Positions 1 to 12,982 of a stretch of DNA of 64,000 nt are shown piece after piece. Made by a program: the position numbers and the translations under genes. This DNA comes from Fistulifera solaris (taxonomy: Eukaryota), in assembly GCA_030295235.1 (NCBI GenBank), contig AP026151.1:806001-870000 (forward strand), given 5' to 3'. Numbering within the stretch: the stretch's first letter is position 1; each line of letters opens with the position of its first letter. Below the pieces are notes generated by a model, which was not told the DNA's origin, did no database searches, and saw nothing but the letters and a program-made list of their open reading frames with translations.

Positions 1-76
1 TCGTTCGTCCTTACCTTTCTTTCGTGTCTGATTTCGATCGTGACTGAAGCCGTGACCAAACTGGCTCCTTTAGCTT

Positions 77-196
77 ACGTCACGCACTCGCTCGTTGTTG
101 TGTAGAAAATGACGACCCATTGGTGATGACGTGGATCGCTTTTCGCTTTCTTGTGTGACGTGTGCTTCCGGAATCAATCGTACAGTAGTATGACGT
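77..196. promoter_or_regulatory. Cluster of four TGACGT/ACGTCA (bZIP/CRE-like) motifs upstream of the carrier gene
   Basis: ACGTCA at 77-82; TGACGT at 127-132, 156-161 and 191-196. Confidence 0.4.
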
Positions 197-447
197 ACGC
201 ACGTAACATCGGATCGTGATTCGCTACATTTTAGTGAAGAGTGGGGTCATTCCTACATTTGAGCCGTTATTGCTTCTGATTGTGGGATGTTCTGTAGATG
301 CGTAAGTGCGGGCGTTTTCCGCAACGTGAGCCATCAGATTCATTCTTCGCAAAAGAGCGATGGAATTGTTTTTTTTTTTTGTTTTCTCATTATAAAATTG
401 ACCGCACAACCCAATTACTTGTAACGACACAACAACAAATATTAATC

Positions 448-1594
448 ATGCTGAAAGCTCCTTCTGGTTCTCCTATGGCAACTTCTGCCGCTGCAGCTCC
501 TCCTAGTCTACTCACGCAAGTCGGTATGGCTGGAGGAGCGGCTGTCATCACGGTGACTTTTATTCATCCGATTGATGTCGTAAAAGTACGTTCTTTATTT
601 GGGAACGTGTAATGACTCTGCTAAGAAACGGAAGATACTGACACCTTTTCCTCTCTTCACTCAACTCTCTTCTTTCTCTTCTTTACCTTCTTTCTTTTTC
701 TCTCTCTCTCTCGCTACCTTCTCCTTTCTCCCTCCACACACAACCAAACAGACCCGCATTCAAATCAGTTCCGAATTTGCCGAGTTGGGAATGTTCGGAA
801 CCATCAAGAAGGTTTCCGGCGAAGAAGGTGTCCTCGGTTTGTGGAAAGGCGTCAATGCCGCTTGGTTGCGAGAAGCCTCGTACACTTCGTTGCGATTGGG
901 TCTCTATGAGCCCATCAAGGTTGTGTTTGGTTGCAACGACCCGGCGACCGCAACCTTTGTCGGTAAATTCTTGGCGGGGTCGGCCGCGGGTGCCATTGGA
1001 TCCGTCGCCGGTAACCCGGTGAGTTTCTTGGGATGATCGTGTGTCTGTTTTACGCTTCCTTTTCCGATTCACTCACCATTCTACTATAACAGTTCGACGT
1101 TTTGAAAACACGTCTCATGGCCGCCAAGGGAGCCGAAGTTCCCTCCATGATGTCCATTGCCAAGGATCTTTACTCCAAACAAGGAGTTTCGGGCTTTTAC
1201 CGAGGTATTGACTCCAATATTGCCCGCGCCATGGTGTTGAATGGAACCAAGATGGGTGTCTACGATCAATCCAAGGGATACGTCGTGCAATTGACGGGTC
1301 TTCCCAAGTCGTCACTCATGACACAATTCTGTTCGGCCGTCGTGGCCGGCTTTTTTCATGACGTGCACGGTATCACCGTTCGACATGATTCGTACGCGTC
1401 TCATGAATCAACCGTCCGATGCCAAGTTGTACAACAATGCCGTCGATTGCATGATCAAGATCGCCACACAAGAAGGTCCCCTCACCTTTTGGCGTGGTTT
1501 CATGCCCATTTGGTCGCGCTTTGCTCCCACCACGACACTGCAATTGGTCATTTTTGAACAAATGCGAACGGTCATGGGCATGAAGTCGTTGTAA
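448..1594 (+). CDS. Mitochondrial carrier family protein (2-oxoglutarate/malate or dicarboxylate carrier/UCP-like), 3 exons
   Basis: Three PxDxxKxR signatures (HPIDVVK-TR, NPFDVLKTR, SPFDMIRTR); GT-AG introns ~586-751 and ~1019-1092; apparent 1-nt frameshift in the T-run near 1351. Confidence 0.9.
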
Positions 1595-1663
1595 ACGAAA
1601 TCAGTAATAAGTGAACGTTGGTTTGTTTCTTGTTCTAATTTATTTTCTCTTAATTGTTTCGTT

Positions 1664-3356
1664 TTAATATTGTTGATCGCGAATTTCCTGTAACCATTGT
1701 TCTAGAACTGCACGAATCTGTTGATGCGCTTCCACAACATCGGGAGTATCCAAGTGATCGTCCGGATGATTCGACAAGTCGGAATGGTGGGCGCCATTCA
1801 CCATATTGATGACGAGCAAATCGTCCGAAATACTCTCCAACAACGATCCCGCACTCCACATATCGTTCAAACCGTTGGTAAAGAGAATCTTGGTGGCATT
1901 GGCACGGATCAAATCGTCAAAGTGATACATGTGCAGTAGCTTATAGGGTTTTGGTGTCACTTGGAAGCGGCGTTCGCAGTGCTGGGTTAACCATTCCAAC
2001 GTCCACGGACGGTAGGGGAACATGGATTCGTGGGAAAAGCCAATGGCCGGTGTCAATGTGGAACAGCAATGGAAATCAAACATCATGCCATCGTATCCGA
2101 CACCGACGCCACTCCAGTCGGCGCCACTGATACTGGCATGATGTCCCGCCGGCAGTTGACTGCTCATATCGAAACAGTCTAATAGGTTGTCATTGTAGAA
2201 TTCAACATATTTCCAGAATTGCGACAATTTCTCGGTCGGAGTCTTGTAGTGATCATTCAAAAAGACGTGATGGCACACATCGTATAGATCTGTGGAATGA
2301 TCTGGCGGATACGCAAACATGTTGAAATCGGCGAAAGTATATCCCACGATCATCATCATTTCCTGTGACAGCAGTTCCGCGTTGGTAATATATGTGGGGA
2401 TGGTCCCCGGACAAATATTGAGATCATGCCGCGCAAAGTGAATGTAATCCTCGTCGGCTTGACGAATTTGTCGATCGACGGCTGCCAACGTTTCTCGCAC
2501 CGCCTGCGCACATCCCGGCGCTACTTGGTCCGTGACACGTGTCACCACATCCATGTAACCAAATGGATCGGCTTCCATTGACCACAGTTTGAGGGGGCGC
2601 CGAGGAGGCGTACGTAATATCGACTTGATCCGGATAATGAATCCGCATCAAGGTGGCGACAAAGGCCGGATACGATCCTCCGACGGCAATGACGGGACAG
2701 TAGTGGGGCGACGTCTTGTCGGGATTGCATTGATATTGATGTTTAAAGCGTCGTACAATGGCCAGCATGTCTTCGATGGCATTGGGTAACGTCAAGAGTT
2801 GCACGAGTTCTTCGTTGGTGACGGGATCGACCGGTTGACTGACACCATAAAAGCGATGTTCCGGATGTAACACAAGTGCTCCCCAGTGTTCCGCCAAATA
2901 CTGATCTACGAACGGATAAAACATACCGGTATCAATGCCCCCTTCTCCTCCGACTACTAAAATGATGGGATGACCCGGTCCACGAAAGAATTTGGTTTCA
3001 ATGAAATACCGTTGGGGCCACGTATCCGTGTTGGACGAATCAAAATGATCGACTTTTTTGGGAAAAGTAGTGCGGTGTATCTCCCGGACTGCGTTGTACT
3101 TTTGCCACATCTTTTTCTTCTTGTGAGTATTTGTTGATGATGTTGTAGAATAGAATCCGGCGAGGAACAACAAAGCTATGCCGGTAGCCAGTAGAATCGG
3201 ACCCGATGCACGACAGCCACGACGCCGATCATTGTGAAAGAAAGCAGCCGATTCTTCTTCGTGGGTAATGCTCTCATCTTGCTCATTAGTGTGTGTATCA
3301 GGTGTCACTACAGGAATGCTTCCGTACTGATACGCAGGCGATGTCGATTGTGTCAT
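1664..3356 (-). CDS. Serine peptidase family S28 (prolylcarboxypeptidase/DPP7-like) with N-terminal membrane anchor
   Basis: Motifs VDHFD, GGEG, EHRFYGVS, GGSYPA, ASSAP, NGLNDMW and GAHHSDL; split by a frameshift at the G-run near 2590. Confidence 0.9.
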
Positions 3357-4113
3357 ACTATCGGAATGACGTAACTAGAGAAGATCTTTTAGAGATATGC
3401 TATTGCTTTGTAAATACAGCATCAAAATGGCGAACGTTTTCAAGTAATATTCGAATATCTCAATCAACAAAGGTATCGGCATGCACTTCGGCATCAATCG
3501 ACATCACCTTCGACACGAAAATTCACCCCAAAACGTGAAATGGGCGCATCTTTCAGATACTATACCTTGCAGTGTAGTCTGGAGTGTCGCGGTGGTCGGA
3601 GTGGCCGCGCATGAAACTGCAAAGTTTTGGACTCATGACTGAAATCTAGTCATGAAAAAAGTAATATACACTTTACGTATATAGTCACAAAATATATTCT
3701 CCGGGTTCCCCCTCTGCCGATAAATTTCCCTACGAGGGCTACATGAAAGTCACGTAGACATTCAAAGCATAACCATCACCCTATTTCCCATGTTTAAAGC
3801 TCAAATTAACATTTCACTATCGTGTAATGACACTCTTATCCTAGATTTTGAAGTGGCAGCAACAGTCTCTGAGTAGCTGACAAAAGAGAGGAGTGCAGAC
3901 TTTTGCCTCATGACTGTAACCCAGTTTTGGAGAAAAACGGAAAACATTCTGGGTCTATAGTAAGAGCAACACGATGCGTCTGTCATGCATCCCGCATCAC
4001 CGTTGTTGTCGACCGTCAAAACATCGCATTTCCTTTTTTTTTTCTTCTTCTTGCTATTATTATCTCATCAAGAACTTCCAAACTCTATAATGAACAACTC
4101 AAGACACAATAAA

Positions 4114-5403
4114 ATGACAACAATTGAATCCTGCGCGACGCCGGGCTGCACAAACCCCTTAACACAACGTTTGGCGTGCCCCAAATGTCAACAAATGGGG
4201 ATTCCCATTGCGTACTTTTGCGGTCAATCTTGTTTCGCGCAGAACTATGCCAAACACAAGCAAGTGCACGTTTTGTTTCAACAATTAAAACAACAACAAG
4301 CATTGCAGTCGTTTGAGTGAGTCTAAGAAAGTCAGTTGTCTTATTTTTTCGTTGATATCTCTCACACACACTCGTCTATTATTATTAGCCCCACAACGAC
4401 ATGCCCCGACGATGCCCCCACGGAACAAAAATTACAATTACCCCACTGGGCACGCGATTATCGTTTTACGGGAACACTCCGTCCGACACTGCTCAGTCCC
4501 CGTCGGACCGTCCCGGCATCGATTCGACAACCCGATTATGCCCAACATCCAGCCGGGGTCTGCACGCACGAACAGAATGAACGCCACAAACCACCACACA
4601 TTCGTTGTTATACGGAAGAAGAAATCAATGGCGAAGAAGGATTGCGACACGTGTGTCAAATGGGACGCGAGATTCTCGATGTGGCGGGAAAAGCCGTACG
4701 TGTGGGCGTCACGACGGACGAATTGGATCGCATTGTGCACGAGGCCACGTTGGAACGCGACTGTTATCCGTCGCCGTTGAATTATTATCAATTCCCGAAA
4801 AGTGTTTGTACCAGTGTCAATGAAGTCATTTGTCACGGTATTCCGGATCATCGGGAATTGTGTGACGGTGATATTGTCAATTTGGATATTAGTGCTTACA
4901 ATCGGGGTGGATATCATGGTGATTTGAATGAAACGTTTTTTGTGGGCAATGTCGATGCGGAAGGACAGAAATTAGTCAAGACAGCCTTTGATTGTTTGGC
5001 GACGGCCTTGGAACTGGTGCGACCGGGGACGTTGTATCGCGACTTGGGAGCCGCCATTGAACGCAAGGCCAAGGAAACGCAGTGCAGTGTCGTTCGAACC
5101 TATTGTGGACACGGGATCGGGCATGAATTATTTCATACTATTCCCAATATTCCGCATTACGGAAAAAATAAGGCAAAGGGTGTCATGAAAGTAGGACACG
5201 TCTTTACGATTGAGCCGATGATCAACTTGGGGACCAGTGGAGACAAGACGTGGCAAGATGATTGGACGGCTGTCACGCTGGATGGAAAGCGCAGTGCCCA
5301 ATTTGAGCACACGTTGGTAGTGACGGAAACCGGATACGATTTATTGACGAAACGAAAGGATGAACCGGTCATGACTTGGAAACCTGAATTGTTGCAGCGA
5401 TGA
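4114..5403 (+). CDS. METAP1: Methionine aminopeptidase 1 with N-terminal zinc finger
   Basis: CPKC..FCGQSCF..HK.VH zinc finger; [36 protein letters not shown] and SAQFEHT; intron ~4317-4388. Confidence 0.95.
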
Positions 5404-5620
5404 GGAAGCGTCGACTTGGATGCCTATAGCTTACTTTGCGCTGTTGCATCGGCATAGTAACAGTTTGATAAATTATCGTCGTACTTATTGACATGCCTAC
5501 TTCATTCCGTCCTAATTGCATTGCAAACCTCGGTGAGCTCCGTTAGAAATCCTCGCGATTTTGTGTTCCTCTTGTTGACCAGTCTTTAGTGTTGACTATA
5601 CCCCCAGAATGTAGGCTCAA

Positions 5621-6457
5621 GATGAAAACGTCTGGTCCAAAATTTCTGGACCATCCACAGAAATTCTGTATGATGTTATCGCGGATTCCAGAGTTTCTGG
5701 AATTTAGACAGAAACGCTGTTTGTTGAAAAACACGGTTTCCATTTTCTTTGGAAACAGCAAGGAATATATATACGATCCAGAATAACGAGGTGCAAAGTT
5801 CGTTGAATGCGCAAATCAATTTTTTTGTGGGATGAAACCGTCTGGTCCAGAATTTCTGGACCATCCACAGAAATTCTGTATGATGTTATCGCGGATTCCA
5901 GAATTTCTGGAATTTACACAGAAACGCTGTGTGATGAAAAACACCGTGTCAATATTCTTCTGGAGACAGCATGGAATATCTGTACAATTCAGAACAACGA
6001 GGTGCACAGTTCGTTGAACGCGCAAATCATTTTTGTGGGATGAACACGTCTGGTCCAGAATTTCTGGACCGTAGACAGAATTGCTGTATGATGTTATCGC
6101 GGATTCCAGAATTTCTGGAATTTACACAGAAACGCTGTTTGTTGAAAACCACCGTGTCCATATTTTGCTGGAGACAGTACGGAACTTCTGTAGGATCTAT
6201 AACAACGAGGTGCACAGTTCGTTGAACGCGCAAATCATTTTTGTGGGATGAAAACGTCAGGTCCAGAATTTCTGGACCATCCACAGAATTTCTGTATGAT
6301 GTTATCGCAGATTCCAGAATTTCTGGAATTTACACAGAAACACTGTTTGTTGAAAAACAAGGTTTCCATTTTTTTGGAAACAGCACGGAATTTTTGTAGG
6401 ATCCAGCACAACGAGGTGCACAGTTCGTTGAACGCGCCAATCATTTTTGTGAGATGA
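5621..6457. repeat. Tandem array of four ~209-bp units with internal palindromes
   Basis: Units start at ~5621, 5831, 6039 and 6247; each carries GTCCAGAATTTCTGGAC and TTCCAGAATTTCTGGAA or 1-nt variants. Confidence 0.95.
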
Positions 6458-6692
6458 TTAATAAGACTGGATTTTAGTCACGACAAAAAGGTCACATTGA
6501 GCGTCTGTACGTCTATCATAAGGGGGTACGTGTGTCGGGAAAAATGAGGCGCTGCGAAAGCATCGATCGAGAAATAAGACGCGACAAAACAAAACTCTCA
6601 CGTCGTTTTGTCATCATCAAGAAAAAGACTCTCGTCTTTCTCATCATTCCGTTGTGTCTTTTCGAAGAAAATAGCGTTAGTCTTTCTTGAAA

Positions 6693-7633
6693 ATGTCATT
6701 CGCAGACAATTATATTGCTACTTTGGATTCCGTTGGTGAATCCATTTTGAAATGGTCCGATCCGGAAACCCAGTTTCGGGGTTACACCAATGTAAGTATG
6801 ATGAGATGTCATCATCTGAAGGCATGCTAAGCTTGTTGTCTTCTTGCCTAGTCCCTACTACACAAAGTTCCCTCACTCAGCTCTTTCTATTTTCGTAGGA
6901 CTGGCCCTTGGCGCGCTTCTCGACGGCCTTCAGCATCGCCTTGGCGTACTTTCTCTTTGTCGTCTTGGGAAGTGCCATTATGAAGCTCGGTGTCCCCGCG
7001 ATGGAACTCTATCCACTCAAATTCGTCTACAACGTCTCACAGATTATGCTATGTGCGTACATGACCCTCGAAGCGCTCTTTTTGGCCTACCGGAACGGCT
7101 ACACCGTCACCCCGTGTGTCGGATACGATCAAATGAATCCGCCCGTCGCCAACTTGTTGTGGCTCTTTTACATTTCCAAGGTGTGGGATTTCTGGGATAC
7201 CATCTTTATTGTTACCGGAAAGAAGTGGCGTCAATTGAGTTTCTTGCACGTCTACCATCACATTACCATCTTCCTCTTCTATTGGCTCAACTCGCACGTC
7301 AATTACGATGGTGATGTCTACTTGACCGTCCTTCTCAATGGATTCATTCATACCGTCATGTACACGTACTACTTTATCTGCATGCACACCAAGGTGCCCG
7401 AAACCGGAAAGTCCTTGCCCATTTGGTGGAAATCCAGTTTGACCATGATGCAAATGATTCAGTTTATCACCATGATGTCGCAGGGATCGTATTTGTTGGC
7501 GACGCAGTGCAAAACCACGAGTCTGCGTGTCGTGGCGTGTTACATTGTTTACATTCTCAGTCTCTTTGTGCTCTTTGCGCAATTCTTTGTGCAGTCCTAC
7601 GTCAAGCCGAGCAAGAAGAAGAAGCAATCGTAA
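6693..7633 (+). CDS. Polyunsaturated fatty acid elongase (GNS1/SUR4 family, diatom Delta6-elongase-like)
   Basis: KVWDFWDTIFIV, QLSFLHVYHH, NGFIHTVMYTYY, C-terminal KKKKQS; exon 1 MSFADNY...WSDPE, then intron ~6792-6898. Confidence 0.92.
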
Positions 7634-7720
7634 TCTCATTTTTTTTTTAAAAAACCCAAAAAAGAGAGTAAAAATTCACATTTAATTACGCTATTTCTAT
7701 TCCATACTGCTATCCCACAA

Positions 7721-10700
7721 TTAAGTTGTCTTAGGATCTCCGTCGCTCGGAGTGGATGCATTCACCGGATCTTCCGATGCTGGTTCTCTACTGTCGCCCG
7801 CTGCATTGTTGACATCGGGAGCCGAGGCGCTACGCGCCAACATGGCTTTCAAATTCTTAATACCAAAGCCTTTGCCGCCCGTCGCGGATGATGGGCGGGC
7901 AGGTTGCTGGGGCGGCTGCGGAGATGTCGCGAAAGTTGGTTGAGGCGGTGATGCTTTCATTGGTGGCGGTTGCAACTTGGCTGGTTGTGGCAGTGCTTGC
8001 GGGGCTGTCGAATGAGCCGAGCTGGGTTGCTGCTTCTGAGCCTGGGCCTGCATGGCTTGCATGTATTGCATCTGCATCATTTGCTGGTGCATTTGCATCT
8101 GCATTTGCTGATGTTGTTGGAGTTGTTGAGGGGGCATCTGACCTTGCAACTGAGGGTCACGCTGTTGTTGCTGCATCATCTGCTGTTGCATTTGTAATTG
8201 CATCTGCATCTGCTGCGGTGACATGGGCTGTCCCGGCATGGCTGACTGGGCGAATTGTTGTGGCGAAGGCATGGGTTGACCTTGCATGGCTAGATTCTGT
8301 GAGGACTGACGCATCAATTGACTGGGTTGGGTCTGCAATTTGGGCGGTGATGGCTGCATCTGCTGCGAAGACTGTCTGATAAGCTGACTTGGCTGAGGTT
8401 GCGACGGGATTGGCTGTAATTGTTGAGACGACTGCCTCATCAGATTACTTGGTTGAGGCTGCAGTTGCGGTGGCGATGCCTGAATATGTTGAACATTCTT
8501 TGACGGACTGGATTTTGGTGCGTTTGCGTTTCCTTTCTGAGTATTGTCTGTTGGTACATATTGCTGGGGCTGAGCTAGTGCATGCTGCTGACTTTGCTGT
8601 AGTCTGTGTTGCATCATCTGTCGTTGTAGCTGTTGTTGCTGAGCTGTGTACTTCTGTTGTTGCTCTGTTGCTACAGGTTGCTGCTGGTTATAGCTTGGCC
8701 GTTGTTGCTGTGCCATGGCCTGCTGCTGCTGTTCCGATTGGCCTACGTTCTGCGCTTGCTGCACTACTTGGTTCTGTGGTAATGACGGAGTAGCGTGCGG
8801 CTGTGACTGTGGCTGTTGATTTTTGTTTGAAGCTCTTGCTTTGAGCGCAGCCAAATCTTTGGCCCCACGTCCCAAGCCGCCGTACGGAGATCGACGATCA
8901 GCGCCAGGCGAAACAGAAGCAGGCGACCTTCTGTCGGAGATCTTTCTTACAACGATCGAGGCTTCCAAGGAAGATGTAATAAAATGTTTCAGGTCATCAA
9001 AATCCGCTGAGGTATAAGCATCACCTACGCACGATGCCAAACTCCTTTCATAAGTCAGCCGAGACGAGTAACCTCCCATTGCTCCCACTGGCCCAATCGG
9101 CATCCCGACTGTGAATAGATGGACGTCAAAAGCCGATAAACGTTGTGCTCCAGTGGACGTAACGTTTGATAAGGGTCGATTCTCAAGGGATTCCTGATCC
9201 TTGCTCTTAGATGGAGTAAGCCGGTTCGCCGAAATTGGAGGGACTTGACCTTGATTCAGCATCTTTGATGAAGCAACTAGGTTTCTCAATAAATGGCTTG
9301 TGTACTCTTTCATTGCAATAGTAACAAGCCATATAGCGTCCTCCGAGACCATCATTCCTAAGGATTGGGCATTCTTGCGCATATATGGGTCAACAATGAG
9401 AGCCCCAGGTATAGTGGAAGAGTTTCGGATAGTGTTTTGTGTTTTCAAAGTGGGCTTTGAAGGGAAAACAATTGGAGGAGCGTACTGGGCGGGACGACCG
9501 GGCGCGGATATGGCATACTTTAAATCCATTTCCAGTGTCTTTGAATCATTTGCAGGGTGTCCGTGAACCTGATTCTTGCGTCGACGGGATACGGGGCGGA
9601 TGCGCGCTCTGACATCATCAGGAACAGCCTGTAAATCGACCAAGTCTGATGGAATCCTATCATCCATACTTCTATCGATTAATGCTGCGAGAAACTACTT
9701 AGCTTTCGGTGGTAGACGAAGAATAAACCGTCGCGGAATACTTACCCAATATCAATTTGTTGTGCAGACGACGCAGTGATTTTGTCCTAAGAAATTGATC
9801 AATTACCTTTTGCAGGCTTTCGAATAGTTCATTGGCAAACGGCTATCCAGATATAATGCAATGGCGTTCCAGTAATTGCGAAACAGTTTCTCGTATCCCA
9901 CTTGACCGTGGGCGCGGATGCCTGTTGAAAACAGCCTCATCTTAATGCATCTGAGGTTAAGATATCTCTTCGGCTCTCCGACTTCCGAACTCGCGTCTTC
10001 GTCGTCCACTTTCTGGCGTTTCTGGCAAACACTGTTCAGTTCTTCATCATCGCTCCCTGCGATTCTCTTGTTTCCAACTCCCGTGGCATCTGTTTCACTT
10101 TGTTTGAAAGACACTTGATTGTCCGTTGTTTCGTAAGTATCTTGAGCCGCTGTCGACTGGCCCAGTGTAGCACATTCCGTTGTTGAAACAGCTAGCTCTG
10201 GTGCTAACTCCACCGGGACGGTCGCCGTTTCAGAGAGTCCGCTCACGCCTACATGGATAGTTGCAGAAGGCTGGTCCGCGCTCGCAATAGCTCTAAAAAC
10301 CTCTTTATCAGTGGATTCGGATAAAGTCATATTTTCAGTTCCATGTGAAGCATGAGTTAACGTAGTGGCACGAAATCCACTCGGTTCTTGCTGCGAGATA
10401 TCCACGTTGTGAATTAAGTCATCTCTCGTTTCACCTATTGCAGGTACACCTGCATCAACTGACTCTGGTACTACGACAGAATCGCCACCAGTCTGAATAA
10501 GCTCCGATGACTTGGAATCATTTTTGTATTCGTTTGAGAATTCAGCGCTACGATCATTCTCAATATCGCTGGCTGCTGTCGGGTTGGCTACAATTGCGTT
10601 ACCGCCAGCATGAAACAGCCCGTCAGTCATCTTCGTCCCAGCACTTGTGGCTCCAATATCTCCTGCTAGCGTCGTCGCTTCAAAGTCCATTTTGTCTTCT

Positions 10701-12513
10701 CTGTCCAAAGGCTTTTGTTGAGCATTGTGGATTTTTGGTTTCTCGTTGAATGGATTTTTAGCCTTCTCGCCGCCATCGGCATGCCGTACTGCCCCTGTCT
10801 TTTCAGATGCCTCGTCTTTTTCGATAATTTTGTCGTCTTGCGACGACGATTCTTTGTTATCCTTCGAAGGCAAAATGACGTTCGTTCCTTCATTGGATTC
10901 GCCTGCGTAATCCTTCTTATCTGAACAGCACTCATCGTCCACGTCCATAGTTCCTCCGTTGTCTCTAGCAGTCCCCTTCACTGTTACATCTTCCATACCC
11001 ATCCCATCTACCTCAATCATTTCATCCGGCATTTTTATCTTTGAACTGTCCTCCACTCCTGCCGGGGAACTATGATCAATCCCATCTACGTCAATCATTT
11101 CATCCGGCATTTCTATCTTTAAACTGTCCTCGACTCCTGCCGCGGAACTATGATCCATATCTTCCGTCACTTTCGCTTCTTCTTCGATAACGACGCCGTC
11201 ACTGTTTTTACCGGCCAAATTACTTTCATTTGCTTCTAGAGTAGTAGTTGTGACCGAACCCGAATTGTGTTCTAGGCCTATAGCGTCCTCGTCGACCTTC
11301 ACATCTACAGTACCCATTTCAGCAGTTTGGTCCTTCTCGTCAGGGATCAATCTCGCTCTTCTAATTTCAACATCATCAACCTTTTGCTCTTTCTTGAGTT
11401 GACTGTTTTCCACCTTATCCTCAATAGAAGCATCATCGCCTAAAGCATCATTTTGCTTATCTGTTGGTAAGATATCCGATCCTATTTCTTTTCATGTTTG
11501 GTTTCTTGAATTCCTTCTTGCGACTTCTGAGAACTTCGGTCTGTATCTGACTTGCTGTCTTCCACTTCCCCGCGGGGGTTTTCGTTGCCTGCTTTTTCAA
11601 CGTTACCATCTGCTTTCGGTTTGAGAAAATCAGATAACTTCAATTGCTTCGTACTCTTTTGCTTTTTGCTAGCTTCTTCTTCCACTTGTTTCTTATCGAC
11701 AGATTTCCTTTTGATGCAGCCGTTTTGGCCTTGGGACGAGTTGTGGTAGTCGGTTCAGGTTTGCCCTCTCTGTTTGCAGCTTCATCTGTATTTTCACCCT
11801 CTGCCGCGGACCTACTTGGTTTTTCTTTCGCCTCTTCCTTGTTTGCCCCAACCTTTTCTTCGGTAACTTGACCTTTTCGTGTTTTAGACCGCGATGCTCT
11901 CGTAACTCGCGAGGAACTCTCGTTCTCCGATTCAACACCACTCTTTTCCGTCTTATTGTCTTCTTTCTCCTCTACGTCGTCTTCGGAATTCGTAGTGTCT
12001 TTTTTGACGGTTTCCTCCTTTGACGCGAGGCTTGTTCGACGCGAGACACGTGTCTTTCGAGTTTCGGTGGTGCTTCGACACTTTCGGTCTCGCTGATGTC
12101 CTTGGTCGGCGTCCTGGAGCGTTTTGCTGGCGCACTTTTTGCTTGCCGACTTTCTTTGTTGATTTGTTCGATGGATTTTCTGGCTGTTCGCTTTCGGCAT
12201 CTTCTTTCTCGTCGTCGTCGCTCTTCCCGGCGGAGGCTTCTTTGTCCATTTTGCCTCTTCGTGTTCTCCGAGTACGTGTGCGATCTTGGCTCGTCTCGTC
12301 GCTTTCTTTATCACTTTCATTTTCCTCATCTTCCTCGTCCTCATCTGCAACCTTCTTTTCGTTCTTCGACGTCAACTTCTGCGTAGATCGCGTGGCTCTT
12401 CCCCTTCGTGGAGGCAGAACATCCTCTTCTTCTTCGTTGGTTGTATCTTCTTCCTTATTGGTAGTTTCTTTCACAGCTTTTTGCTGCGCCCTGGTTTTTC
12501 TTGTCGCCGGCAT
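7721..12513 (-). CDS. Large low-complexity nuclear protein, probable SAGA Ada1/Tad1-like domain between an acidic N-terminus and a Q/P-rich C-terminus
   Basis: Consecutive ORFs joined by frameshifts or an intron; YLNLRCIKMRL..YWNAIALYL..RRLHNKLIL and histone-fold-like VSEDAIWLVTIAMKEYTSHLLRNL; a single-gene model is inferred. Confidence 0.5.
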
Positions 12514-12654
12514 TAATCCGATATAAAAATATATGGTAAACTAAATGCAAATGATCAAAACTCGAGCTTGGATACATTTGCGTTTCGAATCAATAATGCA
12601 AGGGCGCGCTGCGAATGAAGATCGATCGCACGCGCCAACCTATACCAGGTAAGC

Positions 12655-12877
12655 AGATTTTCTGGAAAAGCGAAAATACCACACACCCAAACCCACATTT
12701 TCTGGGAACGTGATAAGCCACACTCCCACATTTTCTGGGAACGTGAAAAACCACACCCCCACATTTTCTGGAAACGTGAAAAACCACACCCACATTTTCT
12801 GCGAGAGTGAAAAAACCACTCGCCCACATTTTCTGGACAGGTGAAAAAAGCACACCCACATTTTCTGCGAGAGTGGA
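12655..12877. repeat. Minisatellite, about 7 units of 31-34 bp (CCCACATTTTCTGGGAACGTGAAAAACCACA)
   Basis: Direct tandem units with no unique spacers, between divergently transcribed genes. Confidence 0.9.
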
Positions 12878-12982
12878 CTAGTGAAAATATTTTCTGGGAT
12901 GATGCGATTTCGATTATTCGATTATGAATTCAAATAATTGAACTTTTCTTATTTACAATAGCAATCGATTCATTCAACTCAA

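Noticed and set aside
1664..3356. Frameshifted genes as pseudogenes or programmed frameshifts
   Set aside because: Breaks sit mostly at homopolymers, and both halves keep intact motifs
5543..6457. Short repeated ORFs within the tandem arrays (also 30.1-30.8, 45.2-46.9 and 53.9-54.4 kb)
   Set aside because: Frames are not conserved between units; these are by-products of the repeats
5579..6470. CCAGTCTT/AAGACTGG as TIRs around the 209-bp array
   Set aside because: Only 8 bp, with no target-site duplication
12655..12877. CRISPR-like array (also 43820-43970)
   Set aside because: Units are contiguous with no unique spacers, no cas genes are present, and the context is eukaryotic
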